From the human T2T-CHM13v2.0 reference genome, Homo sapiens: DNA of 64,000 nucleotides. Of the stretch, positions 1 through 36,648 are shown piece after piece. The first letter of the stretch is position 1; every line of letters starts with the position of its first letter. The DNA lies in the NCBI RefSeq assembly GCF_009914755.1, contig NC_060930.1; one strand, 5' to 3'. The position numbers and the translations under genes were made by a program. The notes below the pieces were generated by a model. It was not told the origin of the DNA, did not search any database, and worked only from the letters and a program-made list of their open reading frames with translations.

Positions 1-188
1 GAGAAAACAACAAATGGAAAACAGTTCCACCTAAATGTATTGCACATAAACTATGGTTGGCCCTGTGCGAGGCATTTATCATTAGCCCACATGAGCTTCA
101 AAGATTTAGAAAGCAGCCATCATTCCCTATACAGTGCCTCTTTTAAAAGATAACCAGAAAAAAATGATTTGAGAAATAAATTGCATTA

Positions 189-4530
<4,342 letters not shown>

Positions 4531-5093
4531 AATGTAACCCTTCTGTGAGTTGTAAAGTATGGTGAGCAGTAAGGACCTCAATTTATTTTTTTCCCTAAGA
4601 GCTAATGAATTTTCCCAGTATCACCCACTGAGCCGTCCTCCCCTCTTTGTGATGCCACGTTTGTTTACCTTGTGCTGACTCATACGTTCTGCAACATTCA
4701 GCTATTTGTCAATTCTTATGCCAGTACTTCCACTGTTACCATCATCAATTTAAAGATTACTTTAATATCTGATGGGGCAAGCTGTCCATCCCTATCACCG
4801 CTCTCTAATTCCTTATTCTTGTTTTAACATGTCTTGACTATCCTTTCCCATTTGTTCTTCCAGATGACATTTAGAAAACATTTTCTCAAGATTAATTTTA
4901 AAAAAAGCAAAATAAATTTTTGTAATTTTCACATGGAATTTATATTTAAATGATGAGAATACAATAAAGTTTATTATTGCCTTTTTATTGAAGCCTTGCA
5001 GACAAAAGCACTGGGTTTAAAGGCCCTAGACTTGGAATACATCTGTAGATATGTCAGGTGTAGTCACAAAGGAACAAAGCCTGGGTGCCACAA

Positions 5094-5124
5094 TGCTGCC
5101 CTCTTGTGGCAGCCAGAGGCTGCA
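5094..5124 (-). promoter_or_regulatory. CTCF site candidate
   Basis: Minus strand TGCAG-N10-CCACAAGAGGGCAGCA: near-consensus core plus upstream motif. Confidence 0.7.
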
Positions 5125-5540
5125 CACTCCAGTCCCAGCAAGGGATGATACTGTTGTATAAAGTGAACCAGAATCCCACCCCTAAACTGTAAAGGCAGCA
5201 TAGGAAAGTCTACTATGTGGAATGATTCATGAGATGCCTTTTTGCTTCCATGACAGATTCCTTCATAACTAGTCTGTCGCAGGTCTGAATTTTTATCATT
5301 GCAGATTGATTCCTTGTTGCAACCTCAGGGTTCTTCATTTGAACCACAAAACTCAGAAAATCATTGGTGTGGCTATTTCTGCATTTCTCCCAATGATATT
5401 ATATGCCTAGAAATTAATTTATTACATACGCTGGATGCCTAGGACTTTGTGTTTAATTCTCTTAGTAAAATCCTGGTTGAGAATAGAGCTGCCTTTGTAA
5501 ATGAAAACATCCCTGATATTACAAAACCTAAACATTTTTA

Positions 5541-5828
<288 letters not shown>

Positions 5829-5933
5829 TTATGTTTGAACATTTTCATGTTGATCCATATAAACATGAAAATGAAATACCAGACCACGTCTATAATTTAG
5901 TGCTACGACAGTATAGAAAGAACATTAAGCTGA

Positions 5934-8335
<2,402 letters not shown>

Positions 8336-8496
8336 TGAGAAAAATACTCAATTTACAAGAGCAAAGTGAGCTGGTGAGTCCAACACAAAGTCTGCTAAAT
8401 GGAAGACACTCTCAATTCTCTTTTTTTCCAACCAAAATGTGTAAATATTTCAGTCCAAATGTTTGGCATACTGTCTTTTTGCTTTCATTGAGAATA

Positions 8497-9411
<915 letters not shown>

Positions 9412-9494
9412 TACTTTGACGAATATTTTTACAAGCTTTATTGATATATAATTCACATAATATACAGTTGATCCATTTAAAGTGTACATCACAC

Positions 9495-10650
<1,156 letters not shown>

Positions 10651-11017
10651 CGGACTCCTTTCTTTCAGCCCCCACATCTGATTCATTAGAATCCCACATT
10701 TCTCACTACCTGCATGGCCAGCAGGTCCAAGTCACTATCATTTCTGGCCACTCTACAAACTCTGCCCTTGTTTCCTACGACTGCCCTCCTTATTCATTCT
10801 GCACTGTGCAGAATTCACGTGTGGCGTGCACCTGTCTCAAGGCTTTTACTCTGCCTAAAAAAAATCCTGCTGGCCCTGGCATCTCCATCAGGGCTACTCT
10901 CAGTCAGACCCTCCATGTAACATTCCTTTCTCTCCCCATCTCCCCCAACTCCCTGCCCCCTTTCCTATTTTATTTTTCTTTATAATAATGTATCAACATC
11001 TGATACACATATATTCC

Positions 11018-12300
<1,283 letters not shown>

Positions 12301-12487
12301 CTTTTTCCTTTTTTTTTCAGTGATCAGAATAGCAATAAACCAATCCTTCGCTTTCTTTAAAGAATATAAAATTCAATTCTGTGTTTTAAATATTCAATAT
12401 GGAACTTCCAGAAATATGTAACAATCCATCGTAGGAAAATTTCACCATAGGCTTATGCCTCAGGAGGGCTGCATAACCCCTACTCAC

Positions 12488-12620
12488 CATCTGGTAGATA
12501 CATAATCAGTGTATGGTGGCTGTGACCTTAATTCTCTTGCAAGTCCAAAATCAGCAATTTTCACAAGCTCTGGACCCATACAAAGCAAGTTTTCTGGTTT
12601 CATGTCCCTATGAAAAAAGC
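12488..12620 (-). CDS. MAK: MAK exon 6 (133 nt), catalytic and activation loops
   Basis: tcaag|GC...TG|gtgagt; (G)[43 protein letters not shown](W), with HRD, DFG and TDY motifs. Confidence 0.98.
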
Positions 12621-12869
12621 CTTGATGATATACGGAGAAAAAAAAATACAGTAAATCATTACGTTTAAACATAGCTTTATTTGATTTATAAACAAAATAT
12701 AAATGAACCCCCTCTTTTATAATTCAAAACATCATCTTAGGAAAAAAGTAAACCATATTTATTGTCTAAGAAGTAAATGGGGCGTAGGGACCCTGCTTTT
12801 AAAATGCTTTGGCAAGAAAGTTCACACAGTGTATGAGATAATTAAAAATAACCACCCATTTAACATTTA

Positions 12870-13030
12870 TTTTTATTTGTGACTCCAGTGGGTGTTCAGG
12901 CACTGGGCTAGGTATTACCACACTATGATTATCTCCATTCATTTGCACAACAACCTGAAGGAGGTACTGTTATCACTATTGTGCAATAGAGGAGGAGGTT
13001 GAGGGCCAGAGTGAAGTCACCTAATTAACG
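12870..13030 (-). mobile_element. MIR fragment
   Basis: GGCACTGGGCTAGG...CACAACAACCTG...GAGG..GAGGGCCAGAG, MIR core. Confidence 0.6.
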
Positions 13031-13495
13031 TGTGAGAAGTGTTTTTGTTTTTAAGATAGGTCTTGCTCTGTTGTCCAGGCCAGAGCGTAGTGGCTCGATC
13101 TCGGCTCAAGCAATCCTCTCGGCCCACTAAGTAGCTGGGACCACAGGTGCATGCCACCACTCCCACCTAATTTTTGGTATTTTTGATAGAGACAGGGTTT
13201 TGCCACGTCACCCAGGCTGAGAAGAGCACTTTTTAATCAGGCTTGAGTCAGTGCAGCTGACTTCTTGAGAAAAATCACTTGTTTAAAAAGTCCATTCAAT
13301 AAAAATGGAACTCCACACATCAGAACTAATTTCTTCATTTAAAATTATTTTATCTAATGTTCAGTTTTCCTCAATAGCTGTGTCGTTGCAAAATCCCAAT
13401 AATTATAATGTTTATATTAGCAATTCAATCTATAAAATAAATGGTTATGAAGCTAAAAGGGAAACCAAAGAAAATGAGGCAGAAAGCCCAGTGGG

Positions 13496-17106
<3,611 letters not shown>

Positions 17107-17262
17107 CAGAAATTCCATTTTATACAGAATCACAGAAATTGATAAAGTTTTTAAATAAAAATGTCAGTGTGTATAGGCACATACTCCAGATTCATAGTTA
17201 TCCAATATAACAGTTATTTAACAGTTTAATAAATTTGTATGCACAATCTGGACAGTAATCTA

Positions 17263-17499
<237 letters not shown>

Positions 17500-17622
17500 T
17501 TATAGATTTATGCTCTTAAAGCTCACACATTTAAAACATGAAAATTAGATTTTTTTTTGTTTTGATGTGAGGTAAAAACTCAAATCCAAAACTGAATATA
17601 TTGCACACATATTAAATAGCTA

Positions 17623-20011
<2,389 letters not shown>

Positions 20012-20768
20012 AGATTTATATATATTTCAAAAATAGATGAAAATTTAATATTTCATGAATTTACATGTATTTCATTTTTTTTCTTCAACAAGGGTATCTT
20101 GATATTTCATGTAAGTATATATCATTTCAATATTTTAAAGGACAAAATTTATTAGAGGCTGAAAATTAAGATTACCCATAATCCCACCACCTGATTAAGA
20201 AACTTTTAATTTTTCAGTATTCTAATCCAGTCCTAATCCATCTGCATACATAACTTTTATATTAGGAATGAAAGTCACATACACACAATTTGGTTTGTTT
20301 TTTCACTTACAAGCGTTTTCATAACCCTTATAATTATCACCTTTAATGGTAATAATTCCATCAATATTATATACAATAATTACCAACCTATTTTCACACT
20401 AATTATTTATTTTAAATAGTTCAAAAAGTGAAGCTTAGTATAGCCATTTAACAGAATATATTATTTATAACTATAAAGACTAAGTATCCACATAAAAAAT
20501 ACTTGTAAGTAAATTAATCAAATAAAAAACTTTGTCCCACTAAAATTACAACTAAGTAAAAAGGCGTGCATGTCTATATAGAAGGCCTAGAAGGGACTCT
20601 GAAAAAGTAAAAACTGATTTGAGGGGCAGAAATTTACTTTTATTTTAATTGACATTAATGTTATGATGATTTCGGCCTGGAACATAAGAGGCATTCAATA
20701 AATATGTTTTGAGAAAGGGAAAAATATGATTAAAGAATAATTCAAGTAACATCCTCAGACCTTGAGCG

Positions 20769-20771
<3 letters not shown>

Positions 20772-20802
<31 letters not shown>
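20772..20802. repeat. (GT)n microsatellite
   Basis: About 15 uninterrupted GT units. Confidence 0.95.
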
Positions 20803-20807
<5 letters not shown>

Positions 20808-21441
20808 ATCAAAGAGAAATCAACATCATTACTTCGGAAAATTATTTCTAAGTATTTCAGAGTTTGTTGTTGAACATTTCTCACTTTAAAAGCAGGCAAA
20901 ATGGATGTTAATCTCCCAGACGTGACCAGAACCACCACCAAAACATTATCTCCCCAAGCCCAGGGCGGAAGACCAAAGCTCTCCCTTTACAGATTCTGCC
21001 CACACATATTTAAAAATTGTGAATTTCCTTGGGATTGGTAACACATCAAGTCTTATCACTGACTTGTGCATTCTAATGACTGAGCTTTTTAGATCCTTTC
21101 TTGAAAGCAACTTCATTCCTTTCTCCATTCTTTCATTAACCTTCACAAGATGCTTGGGAGAGCAACCAAGATAATTTTCTCAATAATGCCCAAGGCCAGC
21201 TTTATTATTGAGTAATAAACTATACATAAATTTGTATTTTAAAAAGCATAAATAGATAGTATGTGTATTTATATGAGATACTGGCCTTCACTTTCAAGGA
21301 TTTACAACAGAAAAATGCTGGCTATGTCACAGCTGGTTCTTCAGTGTTAAATGTTACCCTTTGATAAAGGTAACAGAACTGGTTAATTTAAATTTACCTT
21401 TTGGAGCAATCAATCTTTCTCTCATAAAGTATGACATATCA

Positions 21442-21642
<201 letters not shown>

Positions 21643-21965
21643 TTAAAATTTCTTAAAAAAAACTTACAGAATTTGGCAAAATTGCATCAATGCTAAGTGT
21701 AATAATTACCTTATGTAATTTTCCATTTCTCCTGGGTTCATTAATTAATTACATTTTAATATCTACATAATTGCTTTAAGTAATGAACGTTAAGTGCAAA
21801 CAATAAATCAAGCCAACAATAGCTATTAAACATTTCAATCTGTTACGTTTTTCCCTTGGTTTATAAATAGGTCTAACTTTTGTCTGACTTAACCATGCAA
21901 AGGTATCCAAAATTGTATCCAAGTCTTTAAGCATAAAATCTAAGGAAATGGTATGTAGTAATTTA

Positions 21966-22259
<294 letters not shown>

Positions 22260-22525
22260 TCACAAAAAAAAAAAAAAAAAGTTGTCTTTGCATAATATGA
22301 TTTTAAGATGCTCTTTTAAAAGTGAAAGTGAATTTTCAAATGTGAGGATATAATTATACGCTGTTCTCCACTGACATCAGAACCAGAAGAAATGAGAAAT
22401 TAATTTAGGAATATAAAGGAAAAACAAACAAAATTATCTTCAGAATGCTTCCCACAGAGAATAAAATCATCTTAACTACGGTCCTCAGGTAGTGTTAAGG
22501 CCTTCTCAGGTTCTTTTCATCTTTA

Positions 22526-22645
<120 letters not shown>

Positions 22646-23117
22646 TTACACTGTTGGCTTTCTTACTCCACTACTGGTTCACTTTGGGCGAGCTATCTTT
22701 CTCTGTCCTCATCCTTATAAGGAAATCACCTCCTATACCTCAAGGCTACTTGGTAGGCCTACGTCACATCCAAAATTCAGCTTTAATCAAAAGTGAAAAA
22801 ATTACCATTAATCTTCTTTTCTGGGTGAGTTCTTAACATTTCTCTAATCAGTTTAATTGTGCCTTTCTTAAAGGGTCCTTTTCAAGATTCTCTCTTTTTA
22901 GAACTTAAGAGGCCCATAAAGTTAAATGTCTCCCTACTTAAATGATTTAAGTTGGCAAAAATTCAGAAGTAACTACAAACGTTAGAAATGGCTTTCTTGG
23001 CCGGGAACGGTGGCTCACGCCTGTAATCCCAGCACTTTGGGAGGTTGAGGTGGGCGGATCACAAGGTCAGGAGTTCAAGACCATCCTGGCTAACATGGTG
23101 AAACCCCGTCTCTACTA

Positions 23118-23294
<177 letters not shown>

Positions 23295-23573
23295 TTACTT
23301 CCCCTCTTTCATCCCAATGTTGGTTTCTATTAGAGATAAATATACCAAAAGTGTATTTAAGAGTAAAAACTATTTCCACTATATACACCAGTTAGTTGTT
23401 GTTTTTATATGAACATGTGTTTTTATATGAACAGATTTTTAGTCACCATACAAAACAGGGGATAATAAACAGGATTCATGGCCGGGCGCGGTGGCTCACA
23501 CCTGTAAGCCCAGCACTTTGGGAGGCGGAGGCGGGTGGATCATGAGGTCAGGAGATCGAGACCATCCTCGCTA

Positions 23574-23795
<222 letters not shown>

Positions 23796-24912
23796 CTAAA
23801 AAATGTTTCTTCAGGCATGGGAATTATAAGGCTGGGCTGTGAAAAAGAAAAACCAAATATGCCATGCTGCTTTCATTTAGTATTATAATCTCCTATCGAG
23901 ATGTTCCAGAAGATCCTTGGGAAGCTTAGCGTTGTCTTTATTAATTACAATAATCCTTAAGATCCAGAGGCTCTATGGGGGTATAATACACAGGTGAGGA
24001 AATGAGTAAAAATTGGCAGCACAACATCACAGCCAAGAACAGAGGCTGTGGAACCGCACTGCCTGGATTCAAATCCTTGCCCAGTCACTCACCATATGAC
24101 TTTGGACAAGTCACCTAATGACCTGTCTGTGCCTCAAATTCCTTAGCTAGCCATACAGTAGAAACTACTGCATAAGAAAAGCATCTTGCAAACTGCTTAG
24201 TTCAGCACTCAATAACTACTAGATGTTTTCATGTTTACCAATATCTATGATTGACTATAAGACGAAATAAAGGACATCACTGAGATGACCTCAAGGGCAT
24301 CACTGCTATTATTTCTAAAATATCCTTAGTGAATCAGAATTTCATTTGCAGTTACTCAGGTACTAGATATTTATGAAGAAGCGTGATGAAATGGGGGTTT
24401 ACTAGCTTATTAAAAGATACTTTTCAGTGCCATAGATTTATAAAATGTCTTGCTAAAATGTAAAATGTAAATCTAGCACAATGATGAATTTAAAATAAAA
24501 CAGAAGCCAATTCAAATACAGCTATGAAAGAAAAGTTGATTAATAAAATGATCATATCCATGTGAAACTGCACATATAATCTGCTATGATTCTTTTTATT
24601 TATTTTATTTTTTTTGAGACATGGTCTCATTCTGTCACCCAGACTGGAGTGCAGTGGCCTGATCATGGCTCACTGTAGCCTTGACCTCCTGGGCTCAGGT
24701 GATCCTCCCACCTCTGCCTCCTGGGTAGCTGGGACTATAGGTACATGCCACCACGCCCAGCAACTTCTTGTATTTTTTGTAGAGATGGGGTTTCACCATG
24801 TTGCTCATGCTAGTCTCAAACTCCTGGGCTCAAGCAATCTGCCCACCTCGGCCTCTCAAAGTGCTGGGATTACAGGCATGAGCCACCACACCCAGCCTGC
24901 TATGATTCTTGA

Positions 24913-25261
<349 letters not shown>

Positions 25262-25340
25262 TAAAAATACGTTCAAGTTACTTTTCAAGCTTCAGTGATA
25301 ACTGAAACTTTCATTCTACCTGTAAAATCTGCACTCTCAC

Positions 25341-25510
25341 TGGCATGCTGGTGTGCGCCTGTAGTCCCAGCTACTCTGGAGGCTGAGGCAGGCGGACTGC
25401 TTGAGCTCAAAAGTTAGAGGCTGTAGTGTGCTATAACCGAGCCTGTGAATAGCCACTGCACTCCAGCCTGGGCAACACAGGGAGACTTTGTCTCTTAAAA
25501 AAAAAAAAAT
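25341..25510 (+). mobile_element. FAM (fossil Alu monomer)
   Basis: Monomer with the diagnostic GCCTGTGAATAGCCACTGCACTCC segment and an A-tail. Confidence 0.75.
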
Positions 25511-25533
25511 CTGAGGCCGGGCACGGTGGCTCA

Positions 25534-26129
<596 letters not shown>

Positions 26130-27197
26130 TCATCCATCCAGATGTACTCTCTTCATCTCTTCTTCTTTCCAGCAATTACCACTTCTCAGCAGTACTTCCC
26201 TTCCCTAAGGCAATGCATGTATCTATTTACAACAAATACAGAAGTTTCCTTACAAAATGATTATCCCAAAGGTAAACCAATTGCTTAGAATAGCTAAGAA
26301 AAGGCATTTCCTTTTAGGTTCCTTGCCATCTTTTGTCATTTATTAATTCGTCAATATCCACTCCATGCCAGGGCAATGAACAAATAAGAGATGGTACCAT
26401 GGTGTTCCCATCTGACACAGGAAATCAACTTCAGAAATAGAACTACCTCTCAAGTTCTTAAAGGGCAGAGGGCTTAATAGATATTTATTAACTTAATTAA
26501 GTGAGGGAATCTTTCTACCATCCTCTATCATAAAGTAAATAACTTTTTTTAAAAAAAATTGCAGAAAAGACAAGATTTCAGTGATCTAAATTAAAACTCC
26601 CCAAAGGAAACATTCAAAGAAACCTCTTATTTTGTTCAGTGTAGTGTTCTCCCAACTTCTAACCATTCCCCCTCCAACACATCCTAGCCAGTTTTGACTG
26701 CATTTCTAGACCGCTCAAAAGGTTTGCCTGCTGAATTAAGCACAGACTTTCTTCTCCATGTTTACATTAGCAGATTACACCACCCTGTCCATCATCTACC
26801 AACTGCCATGCCATGCCCTTGCTTCTTCAGGCCAACTCCCAAAAGCAGAGGGCCAGCATTCAGCTTCTTCTCTGCTTCTCAACGTAATTCTGAACTTGTT
26901 TACTTCCTACTTGTTAAATTCCATATGGAACTTGTTAAATTCCATATCTAATAACACATGGAACTTGTTAAATTCCATAGCTGAACTTCTCTAATTCCAA
27001 TAGAAACCCCCACTCCCAGCCCCCGACACCGGCTCTTTTGTTTAAAAGGTTTTTAGAATGAAAACACCTTCCAGGTAATCAATTTCCCTTTAAGGGGACA
27101 TGTTTACTGCCCACTCTGAAAATTAAGAATAGGCAGCTCTTCTTCAGCTACTCCACAAAATGTATTCAATGTAGAACGTATTTATTTATTTATTTAG

Positions 27198-27302
<105 letters not shown>

Positions 27303-27899
27303 TGAGTTGCTGGGATTACAGGCACACACGACCACACCCGGCTAATTTTTGTATTTTTAGTAGAGATGGGATTTCACCTTGTTGGCCAGGCTGGTCTCAA
27401 ACTCCTGACCTCAGGTGATCCACCCCACTTGGCCTCCCAAAGTGCTGGGATTACAGGCATCAGCCACCACACCCGGCCTGGAATTTATTTTTAATTTTAG
27501 GGGAAAAGTATCGATGGATCTTAAAGCGGTATCTAACAAGTTATACCTAGAATATTTATAGCCTAAATTGGAAATGCCTAAAATTTTATATCACCAAGCA
27601 AAAGATTGATAGGATATTATGGGATGTGAATTGTTTTGGTAACAAACAAAAAAAAAAATGAGAAGGGAGAATGAAGACTCTAATATCTGTAATTTTCAGG
27701 TAAAGTTTATCCCTCTATATCGGGCTTTAAAGAGATGGCAAAGCCTGCTTGTATGACTCTTGTAGATAACAATCACTGTCTCATTCAGACTTGAGGAGTA
27801 ACGGCTATAGTGAATATTCAATGTAGGTTAAACTGATAACCCTGCCAGTAGCCTGGCTTCACAGTTGCTTAACTCCTAAGAGATGTTCACCTCTGTCTT

Positions 27900-30844
<2,945 letters not shown>

Positions 30845-31383
30845 TCATATAAAACCAGACAGTAATAACCATCTGTGGGACTGTACCCAAGACCCAACAC
30901 CCCTTCTGATTCGCCTACCCTCCTCCCCAGAACCCATGGCTATCATGGATTTTGGGTGTATCTTTCCAGGCCTTTAAAAATATTTTTGTATATGGATGTA
31001 TTTGTATATAATAAAGTATTTCTTTGTGTGAATTTACATAATCATTTAATCTACAAATGTGGGCTATTTCAGCTCATTTTGTCTAATAACACTCATTTCT
31101 TAGGTTTCTGTCTTATAGCAGTAGTAAGTATCCCCAATGCAATCCTAATCAGCAGGACTGCTAGCAGGCATTTGGGGTTTTCAAACAATTTGTACTGATA
31201 TTACTTCTGATATTTCACATTAATATGAATTATATAGGTTTTCGTACTAATTCACATTAATATGAATTATGTAGGTTAGGGAAGTTTCTTTTTATTCCTA
31301 TTTGCTAAGTTTTTGTTTTGTTTTACTTTTGTTTTTGTTTTTAGATAGGGTCTCACTAGGTCACCTAAGCTGAAGTACAGTAG

Positions 31384-31473
<90 letters not shown>

Positions 31474-31892
31474 TGAGCACCACGATGCCCAATTAATTTT
31501 TGTATTTTCTGTAGAGGTGGGGTTTCACCATGTTGCCAAGCTGGTCTCAAACTCCTGGGATCAAGCGATCCTCCTGCCTTGCCCTCCCAAAGTGCTGGGA
31601 TTATAGGTGTGAGCCACTGCATTCAGCCAAGAGGCTTTATCATAAGTTTTTTAAGAAATCAATGTTTGTTTTTTTTAGTTCATCAAATCACAAATGAGCA
31701 CTGAATTTTATTAAGCCTATTCAATTTATTTTTCATTTCCATTATTGTATATTATATATTTACTTATCTGATGATAATGACTATTTAAAAATATTTTATG
31801 AAGTTATTTCCTTGTACATGTAATGGTTTAGATCATAATATTTTAAAACATTTGCTAAAGTATTTAAATTTTAGTTTGTCATAATTTGGTTG

Positions 31893-32898
31893 ATGTGGTA
31901 ATGTGGAGATGCGTATCCCATGAGTACGGGACTGGTTCTGGTGGAAGTCAACTGCCATGTCCCGAGGCTATTCAAACAACCCTCTGGAAAGGCCCAAGGA
32001 AGGAGCCTCTGTAAAAGGGAATTGAGGTGCCTCTTGCCAACAGCCAGTACAAATATGCCAACCCTGTGAGTGAGTGTGATGGGTTCAACTGTGTCCCCCA
32101 AAACTCCTATATTGAAGTCCTAGCCCCCAGACTTTCACGGTGTGACAGTATCTGAAGATAGGGTCTTTAAAAAGGTAATTAAGTTTAAGTGAGGTCTTTC
32201 AGGTAGGCCCAAATCTGATATGACTGGTGTCCTTATAAGAGGAGCCTGGGCAACATGGCAAGACCCCATCACTCCAAAAAAATTTTTTAAAAATTAGCCA
32301 CATGTTGTGGTACACGCCTACAGTCCCAACTACTCTGGAGGCTGAGGCAGGAGGATGGTTCAAGCCCAGGAGGCTGAGGCTATAGTGAGCTATGTTTGTA
32401 CCACCGTACCTCAGCCTGGGCGACAGAATGGAACCCTGTCTTGAAAAAAAAGAGGGGGGAAATGTGGACACAGACATGCACAACGAGAAGATCATATAAA
32501 GACCTAGAGAGGATATGGCTGTCTACAAGCCAAGGAGAGAGGCCTCAGAAGAAACAACCAGCAGATACCTTGATGTTGCACTTCTTGCCTCCAGAACTGT
32601 GAGGAAATAAATCTCTGTTGTTTAAGCCAACCAGTCTGTGATACTTTGTTACAGCAGCCCTAGCAAACCAAGAGTGAGCCACCTTGGAAGTAGATCCTGC
32701 AGTCCCAGTCAAGCCTTCGGATGACTGAAACTTTGGCCAATTATCTGACTGCCATCAGAGAACCCAAGCCAGAACTACCCAGCTAAGCTACTTCTAAATT
32801 CCTGACCCACAGAAACTATGTGAATTAATAAATGTTTCTTCTTATTTTAAATCACTAAGCTTTGCAGGTATTTTGTTATGCAGCAATAGATAAACACA
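31893..32898 (+). mobile_element. MLT1F-like LTR containing an MLT1A/B-like LTR (32075-32673), which contains a 5'-truncated AluJ (32243-32451)
   Basis: Inner LTR flanked by 5-bp TSD GTGAG; MaLR termini TGTGATGGG...GCAGCCCTAGCAAAC. Confidence 0.75.
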
Positions 32899-33065
32899 GT
32901 GGATTAAAAACAAACAAATTAACAACAATTCTATTTCATAAGTTCAGGAATATAACATATATCATTCAGAACTCAATTTGACATTATGAATACCATCTGA
33001 TTTTGAGACCTTGTTTTAAAGAAATAATAAGCCCTACTCTGCACTCAACTTTAAATGTGAAAAAC

Positions 33066-34108
<1,043 letters not shown>

Positions 34109-34183
34109 TGTGCTGGTATATATTCTTAAGCGAGGACAGGAAAATAAAGAGCAGAGTTTTCAAAGGTGAAGTTGGCAGTGTCA

Positions 34184-34523
<340 letters not shown>

Positions 34524-35424
34524 CTAAAGAAAGAAAACAAGGATATCATGAATTTTCATTAACAAGTCTCTTCAAAAATTGTACTGGCAACTTAGAGCAA
34601 AGGGAAAATTATAAATAATATAAATACTATTGTGTTAAATATTTGTCAGTAAGTCATTTGTCTATGTAAAATGAAGTTCACATATAACTCACTGGTAATA
34701 CTCACTTGGTAAATGCCTCATTTACATGGTACTGTGCTATTTATGTTCAATAATGGCATAATGGCTTGTATGATTCCTTTTTTACTAAATATAATCTACA
34801 TTATTCCAAATCAGACCTTGGAAAATTGATGTCTATATGATATCCATTCTTTGAATCAATTTTTGTATCATATTTAATTTGGCATATTGTTTAAAACTGT
34901 ACTACTTGTAAATTTTCTGTGGAATATAAGTACCCCAATTGGGTAAGGTAAGTATAAAGCAAACTTTTGTTTCATATGAAAGGAATAGCATTATTTTAAA
35001 ATTTCATATTCTATTTAAATAACATGCTACTTTATTTTACATCAAACTAAGAAAAATGTAAATACTAATTAGGATTTAGTGTCACACTAGGTTCATACAA
35101 AGAAATAAGAAACATAGCCGGGCGTGGTGGCTGATGCCTGTAATCCCAGTGATTTGAGAGGCCAAGGCAGGAGGATTGTAGAGGCCAGGAGTTCAAGACC
35201 AGCCTGGGCACCATATCATGCCCTTCTTTACAAAAACTAAAAAACTAGCTGGACTTGATGGCACGCTTGTAGTCCCAGCTACTTGGGAGGCTGAGGCACG
35301 AGGATTGCTTGAGCCCAGGAGTTCAAGGTTACAGTGAGCTATGATCACACCACTAAACTCCATCCTGGGTGACAGAGTAAGACTCTGTCTCTAAAGAAAA
35401 AAAAATTTTTTAATAAATAAAAAG

Positions 35425-36648
35425 GGAAGTAGAGCCTGAAGATGTGACTGAAATGTTGTAACCTCATAATCAAACTTGAATGAATGAGGAAGTGTTTCTT
35501 ATGGATGAACAAAGAAACTGTTTTATTGAGATGGAATCTACTTCTGGTAGAGATGCTATTAACACTGCTGAAAAGACAAAAAAGAATTTTTTTCTTTTTT
35601 TGAGACAGAGTGAGACTCTGGTTGGAGTGCAGTGGCACAATCTTGGCTCACTGTAACCTCCGCCTCCCAGGTTCAAGTGATTTTTGTCCCTGAGTCCTCA
35701 CCCCTGTCACCATCACTCCCCCAGTAGCTGGGATTACAGGTGCCCACCCCGACCCCCAGTAGCTGGGATTACAGGTGCGCACCACCACACCTGGCTAATT
35801 TTTGTATTTTTAGTAGAGATGGGGTTTCACCATGTTGGCCAAGCTGGTCTCGAACTCCTGGCCTCAGCGATCCGCCCGCCTCGGCGGGATTACAGGCATG
35901 AACCAGTGCCCAGTCAAGAACAAAGGATTTAGAATATTACATAAACTGAGTTGACAAAGCAGTGGCAGGATGTGAGAAGACTGACTTCAATTTTGAAAGA
36001 AGTTCTACTGTAAGTAAAATGCTATCAAACAGTCTCACATATTACAGAGAAATCTTTTATGAAAAGTCTGTCAATGTAGCAAATACCATTGTTGTCTCAT
36101 TTTGAGAAATGGTTACAGCCATCTCAACCTTCAGCAGCCACCACCCTGATCGGTCAGCAGCCATCAACACAGAGGCAAAGCCCTCCACCAGCAAAAAGAC
36201 TATGACTCACTGAAGGCTCAGATAATCAGCATTTTTTAGCAATAAGATTTTTTTTTTTGACAGCCTCCCATGTAGCTGGGACTATAGGCGCAAGCTACTA
36301 CACCCAGCTATTTTTTGTAATTTTAGTAGAAACAGGGTTTCACCACGTTGGACAGGCTGGTCTCAAACTCCTGACCTCAAGTGATCCACCTGCCTCCACC
36401 TCCCGATGTGTTGGGATTACAGGTGTGAGCTACTGCTCCCGGCCACAATAAGATATTTTTAAATTAAGGTATGTATGTTATTTTTTCTAGACAAAATGCT
36501 ATTGTATACTAAATAGACTACAGTATAATGTAAACATAATTTGCATATGTACTTTAAACCCAAAAACATGTGTGACTTGCTTTATTGCAATATTCACTTT
36601 ATTGCCGTGGTCTGGAGCTAAACCCACAGTATCTCCGAGGTGTGTATG
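35425..36648 (+). mobile_element. Tigger1 3' portion interrupted by two Alus
   Basis: GCCTGAAGATGTGACTGAA...GACAAAGCAGTGGCAGG...ATCTCCGAGGT terminal region. Confidence 0.85.

Noticed and set aside
25341-25510. Possible 7SL RNA pseudogene
   Set aside because: Lacks the 7SL S-domain; fits a FAM monomer.
26892-27002. CRISPR-like repeat-spacer pattern
   Set aside because: Eukaryotic intron, 17-bp repeats with irregular 4-16 nt spacers and no cas genes; reported only as a local duplication.
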